Source: an uncultured Clostridia bacterium (lineage in GTDB: Bacteria; Bacillota; Clostridia; Christensenellales; UBA1242). From it: a DNA stretch of 41,650 nucleotides. The notes beneath the pieces were generated by a model. The model was not told the origin of the DNA and did no database searches. It worked only from the letters and a program-made list of their open reading frames with translations. The position numbers were made by a program, and so were the translations under genes. Positions 27,187 through 35,775 of the stretch are shown one piece after another. Every line of letters begins with the position of its first letter. Within the stretch, counting starts at the first letter, position 1. Location: NCBI GenBank assembly GCA_946610655.1, contig CAMOCH010000001.1, forward strand, positions 1-41,650. The letters run 5' to 3'.

Positions 27187-29106
27187 CTACACCTTAAAGA
27201 TGATTGGAAGAATCATTGGACTTCTCATTGTCTTTTTATAGAAGAAATTACGAAGTGGTTTTCTTATAATATTTCTGAGTTCATTCCAGTCTTTATCTTC
27301 TGTGAAATCTGTGACAGCAAGTGTATCCATCAAAACAGATTTAGCTTCGTTAACAAGTTCTTCTGCTTCACCACTATAAACAAATCCACGAGTTATCATG
27401 TATGGGTCACTAAGGAGTTCTCCTGTTGAAGCCGATACACCAACAACAACAATAACAAGACCATCTTCACTAAGAAGTTTTCTGTCTTTTAAAACAACAC
27501 TGCCAACATCACCAATACCAAGACCATCAACAAGTTGTTCACCTGCTTGAACTTTACCTGATTTTTTGATTGAATTTTTTGTGAGTTCAACAACTGCACC
27601 AATTTCTGGAATAATGGTATTAATTTTGCTCATGCCAATTCTTTCAGCCAAATCAACATGTTCTTTAAGATGACGATATTCACCATGCACAGGAATAAAG
27701 AATTGTGGGTTTACCAATTTGTGCATAAGTTTTAATTCTTCTTGACAAGCATGTCCAGAAGCATGAACATTTTCATGAACAACAATTGCACCTTTTTGAT
27801 ACAACTTGTTAATTATGTTATTAATCATTCCTTCATTGCCAGGAATTGGACTTGATGAGAAAATAACAGTGTCGTTTTCTCCAATATCTATTTTTGAAAA
27901 TTCACCATTTGCAAGTCTAGTGAGAGCACTTGTTGGTTCCCCTTGGCTTCCTGTTGATAAAACAAGAATGTTTTTGTCTTCCATGTTGCCAACTTTGTCA
28001 ATATCAACAAACACATTTTTATCAAAATTGAATGCCCCAATTTTTAAGCCTGCATCAATGTTGTTTATCATACTTCTTCCAATAACCGCAACCTTACGAT
28101 TGTATTTTATTGCAAGGTCAATAATTTGAGAAACACGATATATGTTTGATGAGAAAGTTGCAACAAAAAGACGACGTGTTTGGTTATCTACAAACACTTT
28201 TTCAAGGTTTTCACCAACTGTTCTCTCTGATAGTGAATAGCCTGGTCTTTCAACGTTTGTGCTTTCGCAAAGAAGAAGATTTACTCCTTGTCTGCCAATT
28301 TCAGCAATTCTTGTTAAATCAATCATGTCTCCATCAATTGGCTCATAGTCAACTTTAAAGTCGCCTGTATGGAAAATTATTCCTGCAGGAGTTGAAATAC
28401 TGAGTGCAAATGCCCCAGGAATACTATGGTTAACTTTTACAAATTCAATAGTGAACACACCAAGTTTAACAATACTTCTGTTTTTAACAACAGTGCCTTT
28501 AACTCCACTTATTTTGTGTTCACGAAGTTTGTTGTCTAGAAGTGTCAATGTTAATTTGCTTCCAAACACAGGAACCTTTAATTCTCTAAGCAAATATGGA
28601 AGCGAACCAATATGGTCTTCGTGTCCGTGGGTTACAAGAATACCCTTAACCCTATCTGCATTTTCTTTAAGATATGTAAAATCTGGAATAACCAAGTCTA
28701 CACCAGGCATATCTTCTCCAGGGAAAGTAAGTCCACAGTCAACAACAATAATATCATCTTCATATTCTATTGCTGTTATATTCTTCCCAATTTCTCCAAC
28801 ACCACCAAGGAATATAATTTTAACGGCACTGTTTTTGCCACCTTTGTGATGATAAACTTTCTTTTGCTTTGCATCAAAAATTGAAGGGTCTATTGATTTC
28901 CCTTGTCTTTCAGCCATTTCAGCAAGTGCTTCATTTTTTAACGATTCTAAGCTGTTTTTATCAGCAAAAAATTGAACACGAGATTTGTGCTCTTGATAGT
29001 TTTGTTTCTTTCTTCTTGAAGGATTTTTTTGAGCTGGTTTTTCTTGATTAGTCTTTTGCTCAGTTGCCTTCTTTTGTTTTGCTTTTTGTAAGTTTGATTC
29101 TGTCAT
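27187..29106 (-). CDS. rnj: Ribonuclease J (beta-CASP metallo-beta-lactamase) with a Lys-rich N-terminal extension
   Basis: 639 aa. Contains GGVGEIGKN, HGHEDHIG, beta-CASP motifs and a C-terminal domain. About 85 extra basic residues precede the usual start. Confidence 0.9.
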   Translation of the reverse strand: MTESNLQKAKQKKATEQKTNQEKPAQKNPSRRKKQNYQEHKSRVQFFADKNSLESLKNEALAEMAERQGKSIDPSIFDAKQKKVYHHKGGKNSAVKIIFLGGVGEIGKNITAIEYEDDIIVVDCGLTFPGEDMPGVDLVIPDFTYLKENADRVKGILVTHGHEDHIGSLPYLLRELKVPVFGSKLTLTLLDNKLREHKISGVKGTVVKNRSIVKLGVFTIEFVKVNHSIPGAFALSISTPAGIIFHTGDFKVDYEPIDGDMIDLTRIAEIGRQGVNLLLCESTNVERPGYSLSERTVGENLEKVFVDNQTRRLFVATFSSNIYRVSQIIDLAIKYNRKVAVIGRSMINNIDAGLKIGAFNFDKNVFVDIDKVGNMEDKNILVLSTGSQGEPTSALTRLANGEFSKIDIGENDTVIFSSSPIPGNEGMINNIINKLYQKGAIVVHENVHASGHACQEELKLMHKLVNPQFFIPVHGEYRHLKEHVDLAERIGMSKINTIIPEIGAVVELTKNSIKKSGKVQAGEQLVDGLGIGDVGSVVLKDRKLLSEDGLVIVVVGVSASTGELLSDPYMITRGFVYSGEAEELVNEAKSVLMDTLAVTDFTEDKDWNELRNIIRKPLRNFFYKKTMRSPMILPIIFKV

Positions 29107-29128
29107 AATATATCCTTTATTTTTTTAT

Positions 29129-30043
29129 TTAGTCTTTGCTCAAATTGTTGTTTGTTGGATCAACAATAATCATTGGAGACAAATAATATCTTTGTCCCAT
29201 CAAGTAATAATATGATAAAAGTTTGAATGTACTAACAAGCACCATACTTGCAGGCACAGTTATTAAAAATCCTGCACCCAAAGTGAACACACCAATAAAA
29301 GTGTTTGCAAACAATATTGTTGTTACTGCAATAACAGCATTTCCAAAAATTTTCAAAAATCCCTTTTGATTTTTATAAACAGCAAACACACTTTTAAATG
29401 GATTTGCATTCATATTAATCATGCTTGGAGCAACACCAACATATGCTGACAATTGCATAGATTCAGTTACTATGTTTAGTATGATAATAATTGGAATTCC
29501 TACAATAGCAATAATTGTGTTCGAAAATAAACAACAATATACATATACAAACAATACTTTCATCAAATCAAATGGCAAGCACATTAATAATTTAACAAAA
29601 GCATATTTTGATGCTTTTGTAAATTTTGTTACCATTGAATGACAATAACCAGTGTTATTTAAACTAATATATGCATTGTTTTCAACATCCATGAGAACAT
29701 ATTCACCAAAGTTTTTAAGATATGAATTTATAAAATATACATCCACAAAAAACAACAATACAAATGGCAACAATGTTGAAATATTGCTCGCTATAATTCT
29801 TGAAAAATTTTCAAACGCATGGCTTATTTCAATAAATACACTGCCTGTTCTTGTGTAGATAACTTCCCAAACAGTTTTTAAATTATCATAAAATCCACCA
29901 TCTTGCAAAGCTCTTAAAATTGGATTTGCAACCACTGCTGCAAGCCCAACAACAATAAATACTCTTACAAGTGTGTATGCAAGCTGTTTCCATACAAACC
30001 TAAAATTAGAAGTTAATAACTTCATTGAATTTTTATAAATCAT
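29129..30043 (-). CDS. Hypothetical polytopic membrane protein
   Basis: 304 aa with about 6 hydrophobic helices. SD GAAGGA and its own promoter. It ends 22 nt upstream of rnj. Confidence 0.6.
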   Translation of the reverse strand: MIYKNSMKLLTSNFRFVWKQLAYTLVRVFIVVGLAAVVANPILRALQDGGFYDNLKTVWEVIYTRTGSVFIEISHAFENFSRIIASNISTLLPFVLLFFVDVYFINSYLKNFGEYVLMDVENNAYISLNNTGYCHSMVTKFTKASKYAFVKLLMCLPFDLMKVLFVYVYCCLFSNTIIAIVGIPIIIILNIVTESMQLSAYVGVAPSMINMNANPFKSVFAVYKNQKGFLKIFGNAVIAVTTILFANTFIGVFTLGAGFLITVPASMVLVSTFKLLSYYYLMGQRYYLSPMIIVDPTNNNLSKD

Positions 30044-30081
30044 ATTATTCCTTCATTCAAAAACTATATTATAGTTCTTTT

Positions 30082-30110
30082 ATTATACATTATGTATTAA
30101 ATTTTTGCAA
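30082..30110 (-). promoter_or_regulatory. Candidate sigma-A promoter for the membrane protein/rnj/trmR/U32 unit
   Basis: Minus strand reads TTGCAA, 17 nt, TATAAT. Confidence 0.55.
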
Positions 30111-30140
30111 GCATTTTTTGACTTGGCTTTTTTATCAAAT

Positions 30141-30168
30141 AAAAAAAAGCCCGGCATTTCTGCCGAGC
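30141..30168 (-). terminator. Rho-independent terminator closing the prophage late operon
   Basis: Minus strand reads GCTCGGCA-GAAA-TGCCGGGC (one G-U pair) followed by T8. It starts 7 nt after the last holin gene. Confidence 0.8.
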
Positions 30169-30174
30169 CACTTA

Positions 30175-30774
30175 TTAAATTAATTCTAATTTTTCTAAAA
30201 TTAATGACAAAATTTCTTTAAGTTCTTCTCTGCTCATTTCACCAATAAACAAATATTTATCATCTTTTGAATTTTCTTGATTTTCATGTGTTTCTTCAGC
30301 ATGAGTGTCCTCAACTGAAAAAGTCTCTTGAGCATTTTCTTCAAAAGTTTCTTCTTTTATTTCTTGCTTATCAAGTTCTTCGACAATTTTTTGCTCTTCC
30401 TTTTGCTCGATTATTGGTTCAACGTTTGTTTCTTGCATATTTTGATTATTTCTTAAAAATTCCAATTGTTCTTCAATTGTCATATTCTCCATATTCTTTT
30501 GAATATCCTCCTTTATTTTTTGGATTGTTTGATTGTTGCTTTCTTCTATTAGTTGTGTTTCTTTTTGTAAATCTTCAATTTTTTTGCTGCTCTTTGGACC
30601 AGACAAAATTCCAATTATAACAAGTATTCCACATATTCCTGTTGCAACACTCAAAACCAAATTATGATTTATTTCAACACCACAATATTCAGCAATTGTT
30701 CTTGCCAAAATAAGTGCAGCACTAACCAAACTAATCCAAAAAGAATAAGTTTTTGCTTTTTCTTTAAGAGTCAT
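30175..30774 (-). CDS. Phage holin (phi LC3 / Phage_holin_1-like N-terminus) with a long acidic C-terminal extension
   Basis: The N-terminus MTLKEKAKTYSFWISLVSAALILARTIAEYCGVEINHNLVLSVATGICGILVIIGILSGP matches the two-helix pattern of this holin family. The start is taken at 30774 behind SD GGGGGGAGA; the track start at 30882 lies inside the upstream gene. About 135 Glu/Gln/Lys-rich residues follow. Confidence 0.6.
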   Translation of the reverse strand: MTLKEKAKTYSFWISLVSAALILARTIAEYCGVEINHNLVLSVATGICGILVIIGILSGPKSSKKIEDLQKETQLIEESNNQTIQKIKEDIQKNMENMTIEEQLEFLRNNQNMQETNVEPIIEQKEEQKIVEELDKQEIKEETFEENAQETFSVEDTHAEETHENQENSKDDKYLFIGEMSREELKEILSLILEKLELI

Positions 30775-31048
30775 TTTCTCCCCCCTTGTCTTGATTTTCA
30801 ACTGAAGGTTCTTTTTGTTTACTGTTTCCTCCAATTCCCATGCTAAACTTAATATCTTCAACATCTTCTTTAACTTCTTCAACCTTTTTTAAAGAATTTG
30901 CAAGAGCTCTAATTATTTCCTGATATTTTTCTTCTCTTTTGTTATTTCCCATAATTAGAATTATAAGCAGCGTAACAAAAAGCATTGCCCAAACACCACT
31001 ATCACTCACAACATTCACAAGAATTTTCCACACATTTTCTAAGTCCAT
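30764..31048 (-). CDS. BhlA/UviB-family holin-like protein
   Basis: 94 aa. A single transmembrane helix (GVWAMLFVTLLIILIM) followed by NNKREEKYQEIIRALANSLKKVEEVKEDVEDIK. This matches the BhlA family pattern of a TM helix, then K/REXKY, then a charged helix. SD GGAGA. The start overlaps the upstream stop (TAATG). Confidence 0.55.
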   Translation of the reverse strand: MDLENVWKILVNVVSDSGVWAMLFVTLLIILIMGNNKREEKYQEIIRALANSLKKVEEVKEDVEDIKFSMGIGGNSKQKEPSVENQDKGGENDS

Positions 31049-31299
31049 TATTCCATCTCCACAACACTAATTTTATCATCTATTCTGCATACGCATAATG
31101 ATGCTGACACTGGTATCATTTGACTATAGATAAATTTGTTTTCAACATTACCTAAATCATATTTAACGTCATCAATACTAAAGACTTTTTTCTTTGTTCC
31201 AACATTTGAAACATACAAAAGCACATCACCATTTTGTTTGACATAAAATGCAACATATTTTGCTTGCCCAAGTTTCGCAATCTTTCCACTGAATGTCAT
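31048..31299 (-). CDS. Phage hypothetical protein (83 aa)
   Basis: SD GAGGTG. ATGA overlap with the upstream gene and TAATG overlap with the downstream gene. Confidence 0.5.
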   Translation of the reverse strand: MTFSGKIAKLGQAKYVAFYVKQNGDVLLYVSNVGTKKKVFSIDDVKYDLGNVENKFIYSQMIPVSASLCVCRIDDKISVVEME

Positions 31300-33299
31300 G
31301 CAGACACCTCAATTGTAAATCTTGTTTGAATTCCTTCTGTTTGGTCAGTCCCTAAATATACATTTTTCTTGTAACTAACAGTATATGACTCATTTGTGCT
31401 TGGAACATTTTCAAGCACTGTATATGTTTGATTTAAATTAATCGCAACGATACCACTTGATGTAAAGATAAGAAGCGTATCATTTAGAAATTCCAAATCT
31501 TGAATGGTTGATTGATCTATATCACTTGGGATTCCTCCATCAAACTCAACTGGGTTATTATAGTTTGTTAAACAATAAACCTTATATTCTACATTTTGAC
31601 CATCAACAAATTTTTGAGCATAATACATAAGATTTGGACTAATCCAGTTATACTGACATGGTGTAAGCGAAATACTATAGCGATATAGTTGTGGATAATA
31701 ATATAGCCATATGTATGGTGATTGACTTTTCTTTATAACAGCAGCTCTACTTTGACCTTTTAAAGATATTGAATCATTCACCATATAATATGATTGAAAC
31801 TCATGTGTAATATTGTTTGTACCGTCTTGGTAATACTCTTCAATTCTGTAGTTATCATCTGTACCATTATAGTTATTTGTAATGAACCCAATCATTGAGC
31901 CAAAGAAACTGCTTTGATACAATGCAAACATTGAAACAATGTAATCACATTGTCCATAAGACGCACTTGTTACCGTTAATGTATCACTACTGTATGTTGC
32001 ATAAATAAGCGCTGGATTTCTTGATGCTTGACCCAGCACTACTCCAAACAAAAATGTTCCATTGTTAAGTTTTATAATTTTTTCATCTTGCCAAGCATAA
32101 GAAGTATCAAATGTTTCATAAACTGAAAAATCTACAGTTTTTTCAATAAGTTCATTGTTTTCAATTTTATACATTCTCACATGAGGAATTGATGTGTATA
32201 TAACAAACACATTGTCTTCAAACATAATAATATTTTTTACATTGTTTGCAGGCACATTTGCCGAAAGTTTGTTAATCATATATGATTGGTTTTTATAAAA
32301 ATGCAAACTTCCACCAGACAAAAACGCAATTTTGTCTCCATCTTCACTAACCCATCTGGCATCATTTGCTGATATTGTGTTTATAAACGCACCAGCAACA
32401 TAATCTCCAAAACTTTTTGCAAAAGTTTTTTGAACATAGCTGGTGACTGCTTGGCTGTTTGAGTCTGTTACAGATGTTATTTGTTTAACATTATCATCAA
32501 TCGGCAAAATATAATTAATTTCAGAAGTTATTGTTTCAGTTTCAGTCTCCTCGGTTGCAAGCGATGCTAAAGAATATCTTAAAACTGGACTGCCACCAAG
32601 CAAATAGACAACTTCTTTTGTTTCACCACTTTCTATATCTGCACCAATATTAATTGTGAGTGTATCATTTTGAATACTTGATGAAACAGTGCAATTATAC
32701 TGATTATTTATCCTTGGAACATTTCGATATATTCCTGCAGAGTTATCTGCCAAAACATATCCTCTTTTTGCAGTGAATGTTGATGAATTATACTCTCCAA
32801 GAAGTGCTTTAATAAGATTATTGTTTCCACCACACAAATAACTTGCTCCACTTTCAATTTCCAAATATACGGTTAGTCTTATAAACATTATTTGTCCACT
32901 TTTTTTAACAACATTAATAACTTCATTATTATTGTTTTTAATTTGCACATGGTTGCATATATCCGGATTTAACGCACTGCTTGACGACATTCCTATTTCA
33001 CAAAAAGTCAACCCAACCTGTTCGTTCTCATTTAAAGTTACTGTTCTTTTAACAAACAAATCTCCTCCAAGTGGATTACATTGAATTTCTTCGAGAGTGC
33101 TCGCAAACGAAGCAACATAATTTGACATTTTGTCGCTGCTATAACTAACGCTAGTTGTGCCATTACCAAAAACAAAATAAGCTGTGTAATTTTCGAAAGT
33201 TTTTATAGAATCCAAAATATTATGTGTTAGCGTGTTATATGCTACATATGTTTCATCACCTTGTGATATTTCAAATTTATTATGTAATTTTATATTCAT
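31296..33299 (-). CDS. Phage structural protein, uncharacterised (667 aa; putative tail, spike or receptor-binding component)
   Basis: Strong SD AGGAGG. It is the last large ORF before the lysis genes. The C-terminal half has blade-like beta repeats rich in aromatics. No recognisable catalytic motif. Confidence 0.55.
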   Translation of the reverse strand: MNIKLHNKFEISQGDETYVAYNTLTHNILDSIKTFENYTAYFVFGNGTTSVSYSSDKMSNYVASFASTLEEIQCNPLGGDLFVKRTVTLNENEQVGLTFCEIGMSSSSALNPDICNHVQIKNNNNEVINVVKKSGQIMFIRLTVYLEIESGASYLCGGNNNLIKALLGEYNSSTFTAKRGYVLADNSAGIYRNVPRINNQYNCTVSSSIQNDTLTINIGADIESGETKEVVYLLGGSPVLRYSLASLATEETETETITSEINYILPIDDNVKQITSVTDSNSQAVTSYVQKTFAKSFGDYVAGAFINTISANDARWVSEDGDKIAFLSGGSLHFYKNQSYMINKLSANVPANNVKNIIMFEDNVFVIYTSIPHVRMYKIENNELIEKTVDFSVYETFDTSYAWQDEKIIKLNNGTFLFGVVLGQASRNPALIYATYSSDTLTVTSASYGQCDYIVSMFALYQSSFFGSMIGFITNNYNGTDDNYRIEEYYQDGTNNITHEFQSYYMVNDSISLKGQSRAAVIKKSQSPYIWLYYYPQLYRYSISLTPCQYNWISPNLMYYAQKFVDGQNVEYKVYCLTNYNNPVEFDGGIPSDIDQSTIQDLEFLNDTLLIFTSSGIVAINLNQTYTVLENVPSTNESYTVSYKKNVYLGTDQTEGIQTRFTIEVSA

Positions 33300-33309
33300 T
33301 TATTTCCTC

Positions 33310-35775
33310 CTAATTGCTTCTTTTTGATTCTGGAAAACACATTAGTCTTTCGTTGTGTTTGTTATCTGTTAGCGAATAATCCAAGTCAGCCCACATTTCA
33401 AGTCCACAATAAGTTGTATAACTGCCACCAATTGTAAAAATCATATTACTAAATGAACCTGTTCCATCACTGCTTGTATATCTATCTGGTTTATACACTT
33501 TTGTTTTAACACCATAGTATGTTCTTCCTGTTGCGTGAGTTGCAACATAGTTTACGGGCAATATTCCATAGCTATTATTTACACTATACAAAGTTACCCA
33601 ACCATTTAAGTAGTTCCCTGAAAAGTTAAAGCCATATTGGTTATAACCTGTGCCATCAAAATTCACATAGCTGTTTGCATTTGTTGGGTCAATGACCAAA
33701 TACTTTTTGTCTGCTGTAAAGAGTATTCCATCCATATATGTTTTTGCACTTCCAAAAAGGTCTTCAAGTCCAAAAATCTTATTATGATATGCAGCATTTG
33801 CTGGTGCTGCATATTGGTTTGATGTATCATTTGGAGCTTTTATACAATTATACATTCCACTTGTGTCCATTGTTCCAGTTAGTGGCAGTTGATTAGCTGT
33901 TGGTGCTTGATTTGAAAGCCAACCATATCCAAACATATTTGCACCATATTGCTCACCAATAAGCAGCATATTTAAAATTCTCAAATATGTTAAAAAATGA
34001 TAGCTAAACGTTGTGTAACAACTAGATTTGTAATTAGCAAAATTTGTAACAAAATCTTTGTGATTCACATCACTAAGTGGTCTTTTGCCAGAGCAACAAT
34101 ATGCCACACCATTATCTATATTTGTTTTATATGCACTAACATAAACATAATCATACTCAACACCATTTTTTGTATGAGATAAACACGAATATCCTGCCTT
34201 TGGTTTGTTAGAAACGCTTATTGAAACATTAGCCCTTCTTGTGTTGTAATATGCAGTAACGCCATCCCAATCTTCCTCAAATTTAACATACATTTTTGGA
34301 AATTGAATCATAACATCATATTCACCACTGGTTATATCAGCAGCTGTTCCATCTTCTTTAAGTGCATAGTTGTTTGGATTCAAATAGCAAACAACTTCTC
34401 CATTTTTAATCAAACATGGTTTGATTTTATTAAATGGCCACTTAGAAAGCAAATTGCCATTATCAATAAGATGACCATCACCATTAACATCAAATGATGC
34501 AAAAGTCCAATCTGCACAATCACCTGTAAATGTAATTCTGTGTGGGTTGTATGTATATTGAACTGCTTGAACATAAGACATATAATAATTAATCTCTGGA
34601 TTAAGGTCTATAGTGTATGTGCTACTTAAAAAAGCAAAATTTGAGTGTACTGTTTCACATAATCTATTTGCAAGCAAATCTTGATAAGAGTTTAAATATT
34701 TACTCAAATTAAAACTTATATCTGCATTAATTTGCTCAAAAAAGTCACTTTTATTATTAATATACAAGTATTTTTGCGTAAAAAACGCAATATTTGCATT
34801 AATTGATATAGAAAATGCAGATAAATTTGTGTCTTTTTGCGTAAATAAAATATAATTTTTATCTTTCTTTGTTGTGCAAACAACGAACATTCTATCAACA
34901 TAACTCTCTGCAATATAAACACTTTTATACTTGTCTTTTGGTGCATCTAAAGTTCCAGAAGAAGCAATACTATTTCCCGTCATTGTGCAATATTTTGGAA
35001 TGTTATTTTTTATATAACAAATCAAAATATCTTCAGCATAAGAGCTTGCACATTTTTTTGCATATACACAAGAAACATTTGTATCAATCAATTGTTCATT
35101 TAATGTTGGAGCAAATTTACTACAGAACAAATTCCCATTGTAATCTACTCTAAAAAAATATATTTCACCACTTGTTTTATGTTCAGCAAAACAATGAGAA
35201 ATTCCATTAGCAACATAAGTAAAGTCATCTTTAACAAATTCATTTTTTATAGCAGCCGTTGTCAAACAATATATCTCACCATCTTGAACATAACTAATAA
35301 TTAAGTTTTGACCAATTGGGAGCACTTGCATACTACATTCATTAACTGCGTAATCTTCTTTAATATAACCCCACGCAGAAAGCATATTTGACAAAACTTT
35401 TACAGTTTTGCCCTCATCTAACACAGTAATTTTCACAGAAATGTTAATCGTTCCATTATGATTAGTATTAAAAGATTTCAATAATAGTATTGCAGTTTGA
35501 CCAACTTCCAAAGTTCTTATCTCTGATGCAATAACAATATCATCAACCAATAGCTCAATTTTGGCTTGGGTTTTTGAAAGCACTGATAGTAAAATTTTAT
35601 TTTGAAAATTCACTTTACCATATATAAACATTGTGCCAGCATCAAATTTCCTACTTTCTGTTACATCTGTATTAATGGCTGAGTGTTCAAATTCTATGGA
35701 ATTGATAGAATTGTCATTTGCAATGTCATCTTCAAGTTCTGCAAATTTTAAATATGTGTATTTTGCATAGTCCAT
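33310..35775 (-). CDS. Phage tail fiber / receptor-binding-like protein (821 aa)
   Basis: The C-terminal region (HNKIFGLEDLFGSAKTYMDGILF...GWVTLYS..YGILP) resembles the F/Y-x-G-I/L-E-x-L-W/F-G motif region I recall from tail fiber/RBP domains of Firmicutes and Bacteroidetes phages. The N-terminal half is unrecognised. SD GGGGGTG. Confidence 0.55.
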   Translation of the reverse strand: MDYAKYTYLKFAELEDDIANDNSINSIEFEHSAINTDVTESRKFDAGTMFIYGKVNFQNKILLSVLSKTQAKIELLVDDIVIASEIRTLEVGQTAILLLKSFNTNHNGTINISVKITVLDEGKTVKVLSNMLSAWGYIKEDYAVNECSMQVLPIGQNLIISYVQDGEIYCLTTAAIKNEFVKDDFTYVANGISHCFAEHKTSGEIYFFRVDYNGNLFCSKFAPTLNEQLIDTNVSCVYAKKCASSYAEDILICYIKNNIPKYCTMTGNSIASSGTLDAPKDKYKSVYIAESYVDRMFVVCTTKKDKNYILFTQKDTNLSAFSISINANIAFFTQKYLYINNKSDFFEQINADISFNLSKYLNSYQDLLANRLCETVHSNFAFLSSTYTIDLNPEINYYMSYVQAVQYTYNPHRITFTGDCADWTFASFDVNGDGHLIDNGNLLSKWPFNKIKPCLIKNGEVVCYLNPNNYALKEDGTAADITSGEYDVMIQFPKMYVKFEEDWDGVTAYYNTRRANVSISVSNKPKAGYSCLSHTKNGVEYDYVYVSAYKTNIDNGVAYCCSGKRPLSDVNHKDFVTNFANYKSSCYTTFSYHFLTYLRILNMLLIGEQYGANMFGYGWLSNQAPTANQLPLTGTMDTSGMYNCIKAPNDTSNQYAAPANAAYHNKIFGLEDLFGSAKTYMDGILFTADKKYLVIDPTNANSYVNFDGTGYNQYGFNFSGNYLNGWVTLYSVNNSYGILPVNYVATHATGRTYYGVKTKVYKPDRYTSSDGTGSFSNMIFTIGGSYTTYCGLEMWADLDYSLTDNKHNERLMCFPESKRSN

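Noticed and set aside
33310-35775. Diversity-generating retroelement targeting the 821-aa protein.
   Set aside because: No reverse transcriptase and no template repeat are visible in this window. The idea rests only on a loose motif resemblance and is kept as a check, not a claim.
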